From the NCBI GenBank assembly GCA_051942165.1, contig JAVECS010000022.1, positions 1 through 40,526 of the forward strand: a stretch of DNA of 40,526 bases, in the 5' to 3' direction. Each line of letters begins with the position of its first letter. Position 1 is the first letter of the stretch. The notes under the pieces were generated by a model. That model ran no database searches and was not told the origin of the DNA. It was given only the letters and a program-made list of their open reading frames with translations. Positions 1 through 11,392 of this stretch are shown here, one piece after another. Made by a program: the position numbers and the translations under genes. This stretch comes from Circinaria calcarea. Taxonomy: Eukaryota.

Positions 1-286
1 ACCTCATTCCCATTCAGCATCACGGATGCACCGATGTACTACGGGTCGACGCTATCCTTCCTAGGCACGGCCATCCTATATGGAAAGCCGGCGGGGATAC
101 TGTTGACGGCCGAGGTCCTGGTCGTTTACTTGGTCGCGTTAAGTTATGAAGAGTAAGTATTCGGAAATCCCAACGGGGGGGAGATGGTTGCCGTTTTCGG
201 GCTGACTGGACGCTAGTCCGTTCACATTGGAGATATACGCTAAGCGGGAGAGGGAGATAAAAGCTGATGGAAAAAAAGTGTTATAG
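1..286 (+). CDS. OPI3: Phospholipid (phosphatidyl-N-methylethanolamine) methyltransferase, 3' part; intron 153-216
   Basis: Frame 1 reads TSFPFSITDAPMYYGSTLSFLGTAILYGKPAGILLTAEVLVVYLVALSYE, then intron GTAAGT..GCTGAC..TAG, then DPFTLEIYAKRERE..KKVL*. This is a PEMT-family C-terminus with a KKxx ER-retrieval signal. Confidence 0.9.
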
Positions 287-567
287 AGTCGTCACTGGTC
301 AAGATCCTAAACTTCCCGGGGAACCTCTGCTATTGAGATCACTCCGAAAACCACTCCTAGCTACATCTAGTTAATTTTGCGCACTAAAGCAGCATCAATG
401 TATCTAGATAGTCATTTGCCAACAAATAGACAGTCACAAGAGGCATATTGCCAGGACTAGGGCCGAGACCCGTATTAAGCACTCATTGCCGCCGTCATCT
501 GGTTGGTTGCCGGCCACGCCATGTAGGTATCCTTTCATGTCAGCTCCATCGCTCAATGAATCAATTT

Positions 568-2340
568 TCACTGCGCTCTTCTACCACGTGTTTTCTTTCC
601 TTGATTGCCATTGTTATCTTCCTCCTCCACCTGGCCTTTCTTCAGATCTTCCTCTAGACCCCACTCTTCTCTATCATACCAGTCCTCCCCATCGCTCATC
701 GCACCAATATGCCCTTCCGCCTTGCACCACCTCAGGACCGTCTTCCGCATGCGGTCCGCTTTCAGAAGACCCTCGTACAGTTGCTCCACGCCACGACATA
801 CTTCTTCTTGTTTCTGAACCCAAAGCATTAAGATACATCGAGTCTCCTCTGCCTCGTCAGGTGGCAAGCCGAAATCCCGATCTGGTAGGGCTGACGGCGG
901 AATCAAGTACAAAGGGTGTACATAGGGCGGCGATTTAGAGTCGGGAGACTGAGAACGCGAGTGCGTCGACGTAGTCTTATCGGATACCGCTTGGGCTTGA
1001 GCTCTGGTCGTCATGCGATGAATTGGAGCAGGTATTTCTTCGGCCGGGACCCCTTCGTTCGCTGACTTCTTTGGGTCTATGGTTGCTAGAACCTTATCTT
1101 GTAGAGGCGGCTTTTCAAAATTAGGCCCGCCAAGCGCATCGGAGTGTTGAGAGGAGTTCTGGTTGTTATTATGGTTCTCCTGTTCCACCGCAGCCAATGG
1201 TGAAAGAGGTGAATTTGCGTCCTCGGGGGATATGTCCTCAGGTTCTGATCTGCGTTTTACGGGCTGGTCGATAACAACTTCCAGTTGACCAGACAAGGAT
1301 ACTCGAGGATTGCTATTCTGCTCCAGTGAGACTGTGTCACGTGCAACGGCCGTATCGTCAGAAGTACTTGCATTAGGAAGCTCAAGCCCATCCAATGCCT
1401 CCTCATTAGTTTCCGTACCAGCGTGTTGAGCGAACAGAGTTTGCGGCGAAATCCCGGGAAGATTTTGGAAAGTGTGATCATGGGCTATTCGCCCCTCCAT
1501 AATTGTGTTTTGGGTCTTCAACATCACAGCATTCCCATTTGCCAGATTTGGTTCATGCAGCTGTGGTGCCCCTGGAGTTACAGCATCGGTAGGAATTCGC
1601 TGGCTAGCAAACAAGGCGGCGTCGTTATCGGAGCAGAAGGCTTCGCACGGGATCCAGCTTGGATCGCCTCGGAATTTCATTGCAAGATGCTTAACAAGCC
1701 AGAGAGTCTTTTTCTCCTTGTGTACCATCTCACACGCTCGCTGTACCAAAGCGCCGAGAATGTCGGACTTGTAGGGAGTGGCCATGGAAGGATGGTTGGC
1801 GAGCTCTGCAGCAGAGGTCAAGGGTGCCAAGAGGTCTAGAATGTACTTCATCAGCCGTAGGTCTAACCCGGGAGCATGTCATGTGGTACATTCGAGCTTG
1901 ATGTCGCCATAAGAATTGCTCTCCGCCGCAGCAGCATCTGCTTGCTCATCTTCCTCGTCGTCTTCCAGCTCATCACCGTATTCGTCATAGCGCTTTGGAT
2001 TGCGTCTCACTATATATCGATGGTGCCCTGCATGCACAATCCTCTGACAAGGTCAATGGTGTCAGGGTAGGTAACTCGGTAAAAGCACTCTAGACAGACC
2101 TAACCTTTTTTTTGGCCGTGTGCCCGCCCAATTGGCCCTCGTGTATATACTGTGCCTTTCTCTTCAGCTTGTTGCCCCGATTAGTGGGTTTCTGAACAGA
2201 GTTGTCCGAGTCAGACGCTACAAGATATCAGTCGTGATGATCGTCCCGTATATGGCGACAAGCTACCCACAGTATGCCCCGGAGATGGCCCTCTTCATGC
2301 CCGCTATGGTTTCCGCAATCAGCGCAGCTTGAGCTGCCAT
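568..2340 (-). CDS. RXT2: RXT2-like subunit of the Rpd3L histone deacetylase complex (3 introns)
   Basis: Starts MAAQAALIAETIAGMKRAI. Spliced exons give SDSDNSVQKPTNRGNKLKRKAQY.. and LLAPLTSAAELANHPS. C-terminus has RDFGLPPDEAEETR..KAEGHIGAMSDGEDWYDREEWGL. GT-AG introns with branch sites are visible. Confidence 0.8.
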
Positions 2341-2869
2341 GATGAAAAGGTCTTGATAGGCGATGTTGGTCCACCAAGGGCAGCGGTGTGTCGTGTATGA
2401 GGGCGATAGGGTCCAGGCATGGATGATGCTGGCAGCGACGATTGCGGCTGCTTTGTGCTTTTTGGCAGCCCTCGATGAAAGTCTGGGGGTTGGGAAAGAT
2501 GGCAAAGGGTTCGTTATCAGGTGGAGCAGTACGACGTATCTTATCTTAGGCAGCCAAAGTGAAAGTCTGCAATTGTAAGATCTCAGATGAAAAGGATCCG
2601 CATCAAGCCTTGACCTTGTGGCGTCATCGTCATTTGGGTTTCTGGCTCTGCGCTAAAGACTACCGCACACTTCTGGTGTGTGGCAGATCTACCATCCACC
2701 GTTCGTCTGAGCATGGATGAGAAGGTGAGAACCCGCAAGATCATTACTCTACACCAGAGGCACCAAGGTCATGTTGACGGAGGGGCTTCTAGCATTTTTG
2801 CCTTGCCCACATTCTACATGTTGTTACCGGCGTCAGGATGTTTGGATCCCGCTTTATCAGTCGCTTTGG

Positions 2870-3730
2870 CGGAACGAACCGTGTACGCTACACTAGTAGG
2901 GGGTTTCCAGGGGTTAGTGTATATACCACGGCAAATGTATGCTACCTTTACCTAATGATTAAAGCTATTCATATTTTTGCTTTCGTGCTGCATACTTGCC
3001 TCAGTGCCACCTCCGCAAAGCTCCGGAGGCAAAAAGGGGTACATTACAGGGAGGGCGCTACGCCTTCAATAGTCTGCACGTTATCACTGGAACATATGTA
3101 TGAATAAGTGCGACTGGAATACCATGAAATACTATACGTAAAAGGCCGTCAAAAAGTACGTGTAGTCCGTATGCAATATGATTATGAAAGTACTCGGGGG
3201 ATCGCTGAAATATAAAGCGAAAAGTGCGCCCAATTAGCATTCTTTCCCCGCTACCTTCTTCAGCCGTAAGAATCGCTTCTTTTCGACTGTTTCGGCAAAG
3301 CCGGTTTTCAGCGAACGCGCAAAGCCCTAAAACGAATTATATTTAGCTATAAGCGTGTTTGGAGCTGCTATAGCATAAAGCTGCAGAATAACTATTAGGG
3401 TTAAAAGGCCCGGGATTAGTCGGGCCCGGCCTATGGTATGTACTGCGGGCCTAAAATAGATATAGGGTATAGGGCAATGGCATAGCATGGAACAGAGTAT
3501 AACGCATAATATAGAACGGAGCATAAAGCATGGCGTAAGGTATAGCATGGAGAAAGCACGCAGCATAGCATTGGAAAGAGCACCCACTCGGTCCTCGCAG
3601 GTACGAGGATTTTACGACCTTCTGAGAAAGGGGGCCGCTAAGGTCCGAAGAGGTAAGAAACTAAGCCCTTTACGGCGATTTAATTAGGCCAGGTAACGTA
3701 AAAAAATTTAAACCCTTTATGGCCACTGTT
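2870..3730. pseudogene. TpA-rich, RIP-like degraded repeat or ORF remnant of unknown family; boundaries approximate
   Basis: TA-rich composition. The + frame starting at 3061 is interrupted only by TAA/TAG stops and has a degenerate 12-bp (4-codon) periodicity at about 3481-3552. Confidence 0.4.
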
Positions 3731-5804
3731 TTACTACAACTCCAGCAGAAGTTTGCTCGGATCGGGTCGTGCCCAGATTTAAACCAACGCCCAAACCTGA
3801 AATCTTGAAATATACCTACAAATGTCACACTTTCTTAATGATTTACTATGTAATGAAGACAGTGCAAGATGTGCATTAAGTCTAGAGTTCTACATCACTG
3901 TAAACACGTAGCTTATGGTGTTTTATCGTGTAGACGCCATGCGCAATGAGCTCCTCTTAAATAATTGCGTATTTCGCTGCGCTGTGAATTCATTGATTTT
4001 TGCAGCTTTATGCCAGCCTTCGTTACTTCCTTTCCAACTGCTTTCAATGCATTTAGGTATCTTTTAGCCTGAAATTCTGCTGACCGCTGTGTTTTATTTA
4101 ATTCAATAAGCCTCCGCCTGTTGCAGCTGATTTTAGATTTGGGCACGTGCCTTCGCCAGCTGAATTGATCGCATGTTTGATTCTATCCTTTATGGGTCAA
4201 GTATCTGCTTCGTTTTGTGCCATGATTTAATTAGGTGTGTATGAAAGAATTAGCTGGAGTTTCGGAAAGATTTTAGGTTTTCGAGTTGCGAATCGCTAGT
4301 GAATGTCTTGTAACCATAGAAATGCATAATTTATGGAGATATAATATGAACCCTACTCAAATTACTATGTAACAAGTCTTTCTTCCCTACTGACGGGCCG
4401 GAATTAAATTTTTATTAGTGCCGGCAAGACCGTGTGGCTTGCACGGTTCGTTCCGCCAGAGAGACAGCTTAAGGGATAGGCTTTTCACCAAGGTGGTACA
4501 TTGGGGTTGTTGAGGCTTCTGTAAAGTGTATCATCCACCGGCAGGCTAAAAGCGATCCGAGCCATCAGATCATTGAGTGTCGTATAGGATAGGTTCTGTA
4601 GCGGAATGGATTGGTGAAGGCTATTGGCGAACTGGCCCTTTAGCTCACATAGAGCAGTACCTCCCCACCGGTCCAACCTGTACGGGCAATGCAGCGGTGA
4701 GAGGATCAAGCAAACAGGCTTCACCCCAGTGAGATAGCTTGGGATTTAGAATAGGGGACGCCAAAAGGCCGCAAACGTCCACCGTCCGGATGGTTACACA
4801 AACCAGGCCAACCCGGTGAGGCTCGAGCGTATCTACGCTGCTCTGTTACTACATCTGAGTATCATGCCTTTGCAGATGCAGCAGCCTCACATAACCCGAC
4901 TAGTTCGGCCTGCCGGCGGCGCCATCAGAGTTCCACGATTGTTGAACAAGGCGGATGGCCATAGTATGTCGACCTTTCCGAAACCCGACACTCCACACAG
5001 GACGACACCGAGTGATTATGCTCCGAGGACATGGTTCCCCATTCTAATGCCTTGATTAAGTCGGATACTGTATAAAGTTCCTCTCATATATGTGGGGATT
5101 ATCTTTTGAGGTAGTCCAGCGCCCATCTACCAGATCGGCCTGACGCAAGTTCCCGCTGCCTCCCAATTGCACCGTACCGGATGCGCCAAACCTACGGATT
5201 CTATCCACTCATCTCCGGTCCCGGTAGCTTCAACAAGATTGCAAACGAATCGTTCCGCTTCCTACTACACGTCTGCAACTGCATTCTTTCCTAGAAACGT
5301 GGCTGCGGGTGGAGAAGCGAGAAGTGTATCAGCCCCAACCGCGCCCGAACTATTATTGCCTGACTTCTGATGCAAAATGACTTTGATCGTACAGTGAGGT
5401 GTGACACATAATATACTCTGGGAGCTCGAAAAGACCCAGCAAGGATTGAGCGTACATTTAGAGTAATCAACGTGTGAGTGAATTGTATTATGGTAACACA
5501 GGCCCGTTGCCAAAGGACTTATCCCTGGGCCACTTCAGGGCGGACTACGTCAAAGCCCCATCTCTAGCAGACTCGTACGAAGGCCCGTAGGCTCCTCGTA
5601 AGATAGCAGTAAAGCAATCCCCATCTCGCAGGACAGCTGGCTACGAGTGCCTAGGTTGAATCTGTAATGCAAAGACCTCGCTGTGTGCCGGATCCGGCGC
5701 AAAGCATTGACATTCGGAAGCGGACTTCCTACCAGGCGTAAGTGTACACACCTAGTGAGCAAAGGTACATAACCAGTTATATCCAGCTCCTTCCCTATAT
5801 GGAT

Positions 5805-5894
5805 GACAAAGAAAGCATCGTATATAGCTCATCATTCGGAGTTCCTCGCCAATCGTGTCGGTCGAGACCCTATGTGAAGCAGATAACAAAGAAA
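5805..5894. promoter_or_regulatory. Two TR-box-like HMG-box binding sites
   Basis: GACAAAGAAA at 5805-5814 and AACAAAGAAA at 5885-5894. The second is the reverse complement of TTTCTTTGTT, the S. pombe Ste11 TR-box. Both lie upstream of an HMG-box gene. Confidence 0.4.
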
Positions 5895-6642
5895 ACGGTG
5901 AGACAGCAGTCCCGCTTTGGGAGTGCCGCAAGTACACCCAATACCGGTCACGGGTGCTGCTTGGATGTCTTGGGCTGCCTGCTCTTTTCTGGAGGCCCGG
6001 AAACCGCTAAGAACGAGCCAAGTGCGGTCTGTAGTGCACCTTTCCGTCAGAGGTTCGTCTCATTCCCTCCCGTTTAATATGCACAACAGAACCACAGAAG
6101 AGGCAAATCAATCCTTGTCAGCCAAGATCTGACACATGATTTCAGATGAACGACAGAAGATGTAATAATCTGTGTCCCTGTTAGCATAGAATCATTCCAG
6201 AATACTTTTGATCGCGGTTGGCTTGACGCAGACTTGAGCCCATGCAGATCTTGCTTGCCAATCGAATCGTCGTATATCTGGCAGGACGGTTTGTTGCTTA
6301 GGCTTCGCTCCTGGAGACGCATGCTGACACAGGATAGCCTGACAAGAACTGCTAGCAATTTGAGAGTAGAGCAGTGTACCTAGCAAAAACCACCAATTTC
6401 CTGATCGTCTCAAACTCCACCGAGAGGCCGTCTTTCTACTGTTGTGCGAAACATTCGCTTTCAACAGGAACGTTATTCGCTTGCATCTAGGAGCTCTAAA
6501 AGAAAAGCAGAACCCTCCCAAAAGATTAGTATAGGCCTAAGATCCGTAACCGCCAAAGCGTCGGTTAACTTATCGAAAATACAGCAGAGCCAGGATAGCA
6601 CTTGCTACAGATATCAGTAGCTCAGCAGCAGTTGAGTATTCA

Positions 6643-8392
6643 ATGTCGGCCGCAGATTTGGCGAAGCAACGTCTTCCGTCCCCTCCGTCTTCGTTGAACG
6701 GGGATTATCAGTTCGGTCTCAATCATATTGCACAGCATAACGCCACTGTCCCACACAGGCCGGAGCCATTTGCTTACAACGAAGGTAGCTACGGCCAATC
6801 GGGTCAGACCACATCTTATGGCTCTCCTGCCTCAAATCACTGGCTTGTTGACGAGTATGGAAGGGAGCCGTACCAGAGTTCCTATGGCGACCCGGAGCAT
6901 GTTGGGCTTGGAATCAATTATGTTGGTGCCTCAGAGTTGGAATTTTGCTGGATCAGTCGAGCTGACACTTGGTTAAGGGCTGGTATGAAGGCGCACAGCA
7001 GCACCAGAATCAGGCCATTAGGTACCATACGATGCTACCGGAAGACCCTATGGTAAGTACCTTATCTGAGGGTAAAGTTAAGATCAAGACTAATCCACGA
7101 AGTAGTATGCCGATCAAAGGTTTTCTGCTGGCTCGCCTCCAACCCCAGCGGCTTCTGATCTCAGTAGCGGAGAGCAGCGAATAATGAGAAGCGGCCGTGC
7201 ACTAGGAGTAAGTGGATTATCACGAAGCCAGAAGATATCCGCAACAGACCGGGCTGCTCATTTACCCAGAAATAAGAAGGCCTCGAAACAAAGTAAAGCC
7301 GACAAGCCAAAAATACCAAAAATCGATGCTCCCTTGAGTGAACTTACCAAATCGTATGAACACATTCCACTAAGGAACATGGAAGAGTGGGTAAATAGGC
7401 CAGCTGATGTACGAAGGAAGGAGGTTGAGAAACGTAATGGATATGTGACCCGACCAATGAACTCTTTCATGCTGTATCGTTCTGCATTTGCAGAGAGAAC
7501 GAAGCTATGGTGCCTTCAGAATAATCACCAGGTTGTCTCGTCGATTTCGGGTGAGAGCTGGCCTATGGAACCACCCGCGATTCGAGAACAGTACAACGAA
7601 TACGCACGCATTGAACGTGACAATCACCAAAAGGCACACCCGGGTTATAAGTTCTCTCCAAGCAAAGCTCAAAACTCGGCACGCAAGCGAAAGGGGATGT
7701 CTGAAGAAATCGAAGAAGAACTGAGTGATCGTGAGCCTGACTTTGACTGGCGACCATCATCAGACCGAAGACCGAAGAACAGGGCGGGTAGAAGGCAAGG
7801 CCGAGAAGCTGGATACCCTGTGAATAGTACATTACGTGGCAACGCTGTTTTCGATCCACTTTATGTCGACTCCGGAATCAATAGATCCTCTTATCAGGCC
7901 ACCAATCCTGGAAAGCCTTTACCAGTAGCCATGAGCGAGCAGGACCTGTATGGTCACTACTATCAGACAACGGTCCACCCCAGCCTAAACGGACCGAACA
8001 TGGAAGACGTGCGGATAAGGAAGACAGCGACACCTGGGATGCAATCCGGGAACGCGCCACCGCTCATCGGTCTTCCTGGAGCTCATCATTACGAGCTCCT
8101 CGAGCATGAGCCTTTTGACAGCAGCCCAGTACCACTGAGTGAGGCTCAGGTGGATCCTACTTTACTAGCCTATGACAGTAATTTCGTCGACCAGGCCAAT
8201 GGCTTCCTTACGGAACAGCAGTTCAGAGAATACAACGACGATATCCTCTTCGGCGCCGATACGCAATCGTACGGACGACCAGACGGCGCGGCATTCCCTC
8301 CGGGACCCAATACTTGGCCGTTTGGAGAAATCGGTGCCACTGACGCTGATGAAGAATTTGCTCGGTGGATGACCGAGAACAATGACAGGTAA
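6643..8392 (+). CDS. MATA_HMG/Sox-type HMG-box transcription factor (not the mating-type gene); exons 6643-6921, 6978-7052, 7106-8392
   Basis: HMG box NGYVTRPMNSFMLYRSAFAERTK..HQVVSSISGESWPMEPPAIREQYNEYARIERDNHQKAHPGYKFSP followed by a basic tail (ARKRK). Two GT-AG introns join the three ORFs in frame. Confidence 0.9.
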
Positions 8393-9079
8393 ACGTGTAC
8401 AGAGGACCGATCTGTATTCCATCTCTGTGCCGCTTGCAAGAGTACAGTAAGGCTGCAGGCAAGTTTACATATTTGGCGGAATATAACGGATCGAATCATT
8501 TCTGGCCCTTGCATGTTTTCTTCTATTATGGGCGTGGCGTGACGTTTAGTATTGGGTTGGAGCATCGGCGTTCCTGATTTTCATAGTGAATCCACAAAGC
8601 TCAGTATCTTATTCGATGCTGTCGAAGTTGACCGCCCTTGCGATGCCGTCTATCCGAAATGCAGGTGCTTGCAATCGGTGAGCAGGTCTGGAAGAGAGTG
8701 GAGGAGAATGTATTCTATCAAACGTTTCCGAGTTGTTAGGAGACGACCCGATATACAATGGATAACAGTAGAATCGCAATCAGAGCCATCTGATGTTCGT
8801 GTATGAACTCTTTTGTGTATGTGAATTAACAATCAGCGATAGTCCTTGAGATTTGAGTATATCTCGGGAAAAGTAGGTGGTATCGATGATAATGAGATAG
8901 AAAGTTCTTTGCATCTTATCTACAAGGCTCCGTATGGTAAGATTTCCCTCGTCGCTACGCAGTAGTGCGGTATTTTATTGGATCGACATTTGAACTTCTG
9001 CGTGCACCGCATAATAAACCTGGATTCGTAGGGTAGGCAGTCTCAAACGACATACTCCACAGTGCACCTTTTTACACGA

Positions 9080-9847
9080 ATGTATGGAGATGTAGGCCTG
9101 AAGCTGGTGTGCTTTCCGATCTTTATCATAGTTTGAGAGTTTGCTAATATCTCGGTCGCATCAGGTCCAACACGCCAAACGAACACAAGCTCTGAACCAT
9201 CTGCCACCGTACCAACCAGAGTTGGTTCGTGCAGTGGCGCGTGAGTTACGAGAGCTGGACAGAGATGTTGCGAACATCTTAGCTCCCTTTGGAGGGTCTT
9301 TTAATCCATCTGCCAGTCCAGCAACAGCCTGCTCGTTGTTGGTGGACCATCTGTGCATGCGGCGTAACAAGCGTTGCTTACTCGCTTATCACCGAGTTCG
9401 TGTGGACAAGCTGGAAGAGATGTGCTGGGAGGGTCAAGACGTGATCGATTCTCAACCGCAAACTCAATCCGAGGCTCGTGACGGTCATGCGGTTGGAGGA
9501 CGATTGGGCTCGGAGTCGGGTGCGTCTAATTCACTGAGCCCAGAAGAGGAGGAGTATGCGCGTCAGTACAGCGATATACTTGCTGCCTACAAAGGCCAAT
9601 GGACAGACATCGACCTCACCGGAAGCTTAGAGCCTCCCAAAGATCTGTTCATAGATGTTCGTGTTCTCAAAAATGCTGGGGACATCCAGACAGAATATGG
9701 GTTCATCTGCCCAACAGCTCCACCATCCAGCTTACATGCTAATTACTCTGTAGTGCAATCACCTTGACTAAGAACAGCCAATTTTATGTTAGACAAGGCG
9801 ACGTCGGGCGACTGATAGCACAAGGTTACCTGCAAAAACTTAGTTGA
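9080..9847 (+). CDS. PSF1: GINS complex subunit Psf1 (2 introns)
   Basis: MYGDVGLKL/VQHAKR..HLCMRRNKRCLLAYHRVR..DIDLTGSLEPPKDLFIDVRVLKNAGDIQTEYG/AITLTKNSQFYVRQGDVGRLIAQGYLQKLS*. Confidence 0.95.
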
Positions 9848-10917
9848 GCTTCGCAGACCCGATCAATGTGGAGATGTGGAACATGATGGTCTGAAACTAA
9901 CATTTCAGGGTAATAAGCCACACACTTAAACCGTCTAGATGGTGCACCTCCGCTTCGATACGCTTGGTTTTGGCGAGAAAATGAGCACACACTCGTTGAA
10001 TAGGCGGTCGGGGACCCGTCGAATGGATAGGCGTTTCCATTTGCCTACCGTCTTCTCCTCGAGACTGGCAGCCAAGTTGCGGGTTGTGATGATAAAGCTG
10101 CCTACCGACATCTTCCAATCAATGGCAAGGATGACTCTCGAAAGCCCGATACTTCACTTTCCTGCCAGACTTCGATTCTGACATAATAAGTACGCACAGC
10201 TCTATTTGGGGCGTACATTGCTGGTTGGCCAACCTCGACTACCTGAAAGCGGACCTTGGGAGAGAAGCCGAACCAATTGGAAGGAATGGCATGAGTGAGC
10301 GGGGGCGGGTGGCAAGCAATCGTCGATAACCTGCAGTGGATATGTGTTCGCATTCATATTGCTCATTGACCGTCGATCTACATCATTGTACGGAGTATAC
10401 GGAGTATAGCTTTCACTGACTTTTGTGCTGAAAGCATGTTGGCTTAATGTTTCCTTGTGGCGTGATATTCACTTTTGTGCACTTGGTGCGAATCACGAGC
10501 ACATGTTTCCTGTACCCCACACGCACGTTCCTATGCCGGTATCGGGACGCCGGCCCGTTGGACTTTTGCCGACATCAACTGCAGTCGTAATGCATGTCGT
10601 GCAGTAGTTTGGTCGTATGTTACACGTACTGTACTGCTGTCCTAAAGGGCCTGCAATGGAGAAGAGCACCCCTTGGCCCAGCAGAGTGCGTAGGTGGTCG
10701 TTCATGGGGACATCAACAACTGCCCCTCTCTTGTAGTCTGTAACTCTCTGTGACACGCCCATGGTAGCTCCTTGCCCCGAAACCACCCAAGACATGCGCC
10801 TTACCCGGTCCTTGGCCTTTTGTTTACCTCCGCCTTTGAGCCCTTGGCGCTCTGATCGCCGGCTAGCCCCTTGAAATTTTGCTAGCCTCGCAAGCATGGA
10901 AATACTCGTCTGCAGGG

Positions 10918-11087
10918 GTAATTATTGCTAGAACGGCGCTAAACCCCCTGCTGAATTTTTTGTCATAATACTAAGATTTAATTTGCTTAGCCAATAGCAT
11001 GCATACAACATTATGAATATTATACACACTATGGAAACTTAGCTGTATAAAGTAATGATTTACTAGTGCGCTTCTAGCAATAATTAC
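10918..11087. mobile_element. MITE-like AT-rich element with terminal inverted repeats
   Basis: GTAATTATTGCTAGAA (10918-10933) is the exact reverse complement of TTCTAGCAATAATTAC (11072-11087), extending imperfectly to about 24 bp. The interior is AT-rich and non-coding. Possible TA target duplication at 10919-10920 and 11085-11086. Confidence 0.5.
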
Positions 11088-11392
11088 AAGTAGGCGAATG
11101 ATGAAACCCCGCCAGGTGAAAGAAAAGCTTCAACAGCAACTCTGTCGTGGTTGGCAGTCTCCGAGGGTGTCATGGTTATCGGCTCGTTTCTGCCCTTCTT
11201 TCTCCTTCTCCTCCTCTTTCCTTCTTCCTCCGTACATAAGCCCCTGATTCGAGTACATCAATTCCTATGCTTTGCTGAAATCCTCCCCCTCTTCTGCTCA
11301 GCGGTCCACACCAGAGCATGTTGAGTGAAGGCCCAACTGGAGGCTTCGAAGCATCCGGTCGTTCTGCCAATATCTTATGTAAATAGACTTTC

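Noticed and set aside
4400..6600. Short ORFs upstream of the HMG gene, and the ACCGTG/CACGGT hairpin near 4429-4447 as a tRNA fragment
   Set aside because: No recognisable domains, no consistent splice structure and no cloverleaf.
6643..8392. HMG gene as MAT1-2-1 (mating-type locus)
   Set aside because: The HMG box lacks the conserved MAT1-2-1 intron and the PRPPNAFILYR signature, and no APN2/SLA2 flanks are present.
9897..10897. Minus-strand ORFs between PSF1 and the transporter as a gene
   Set aside because: No family motif, and I could not join them by plausible introns.
11098..11250. ATGATGA ... CTGA as a box C/D snoRNA
   Set aside because: No terminal stem or recognisable rRNA guide; the motifs are short enough to be chance.
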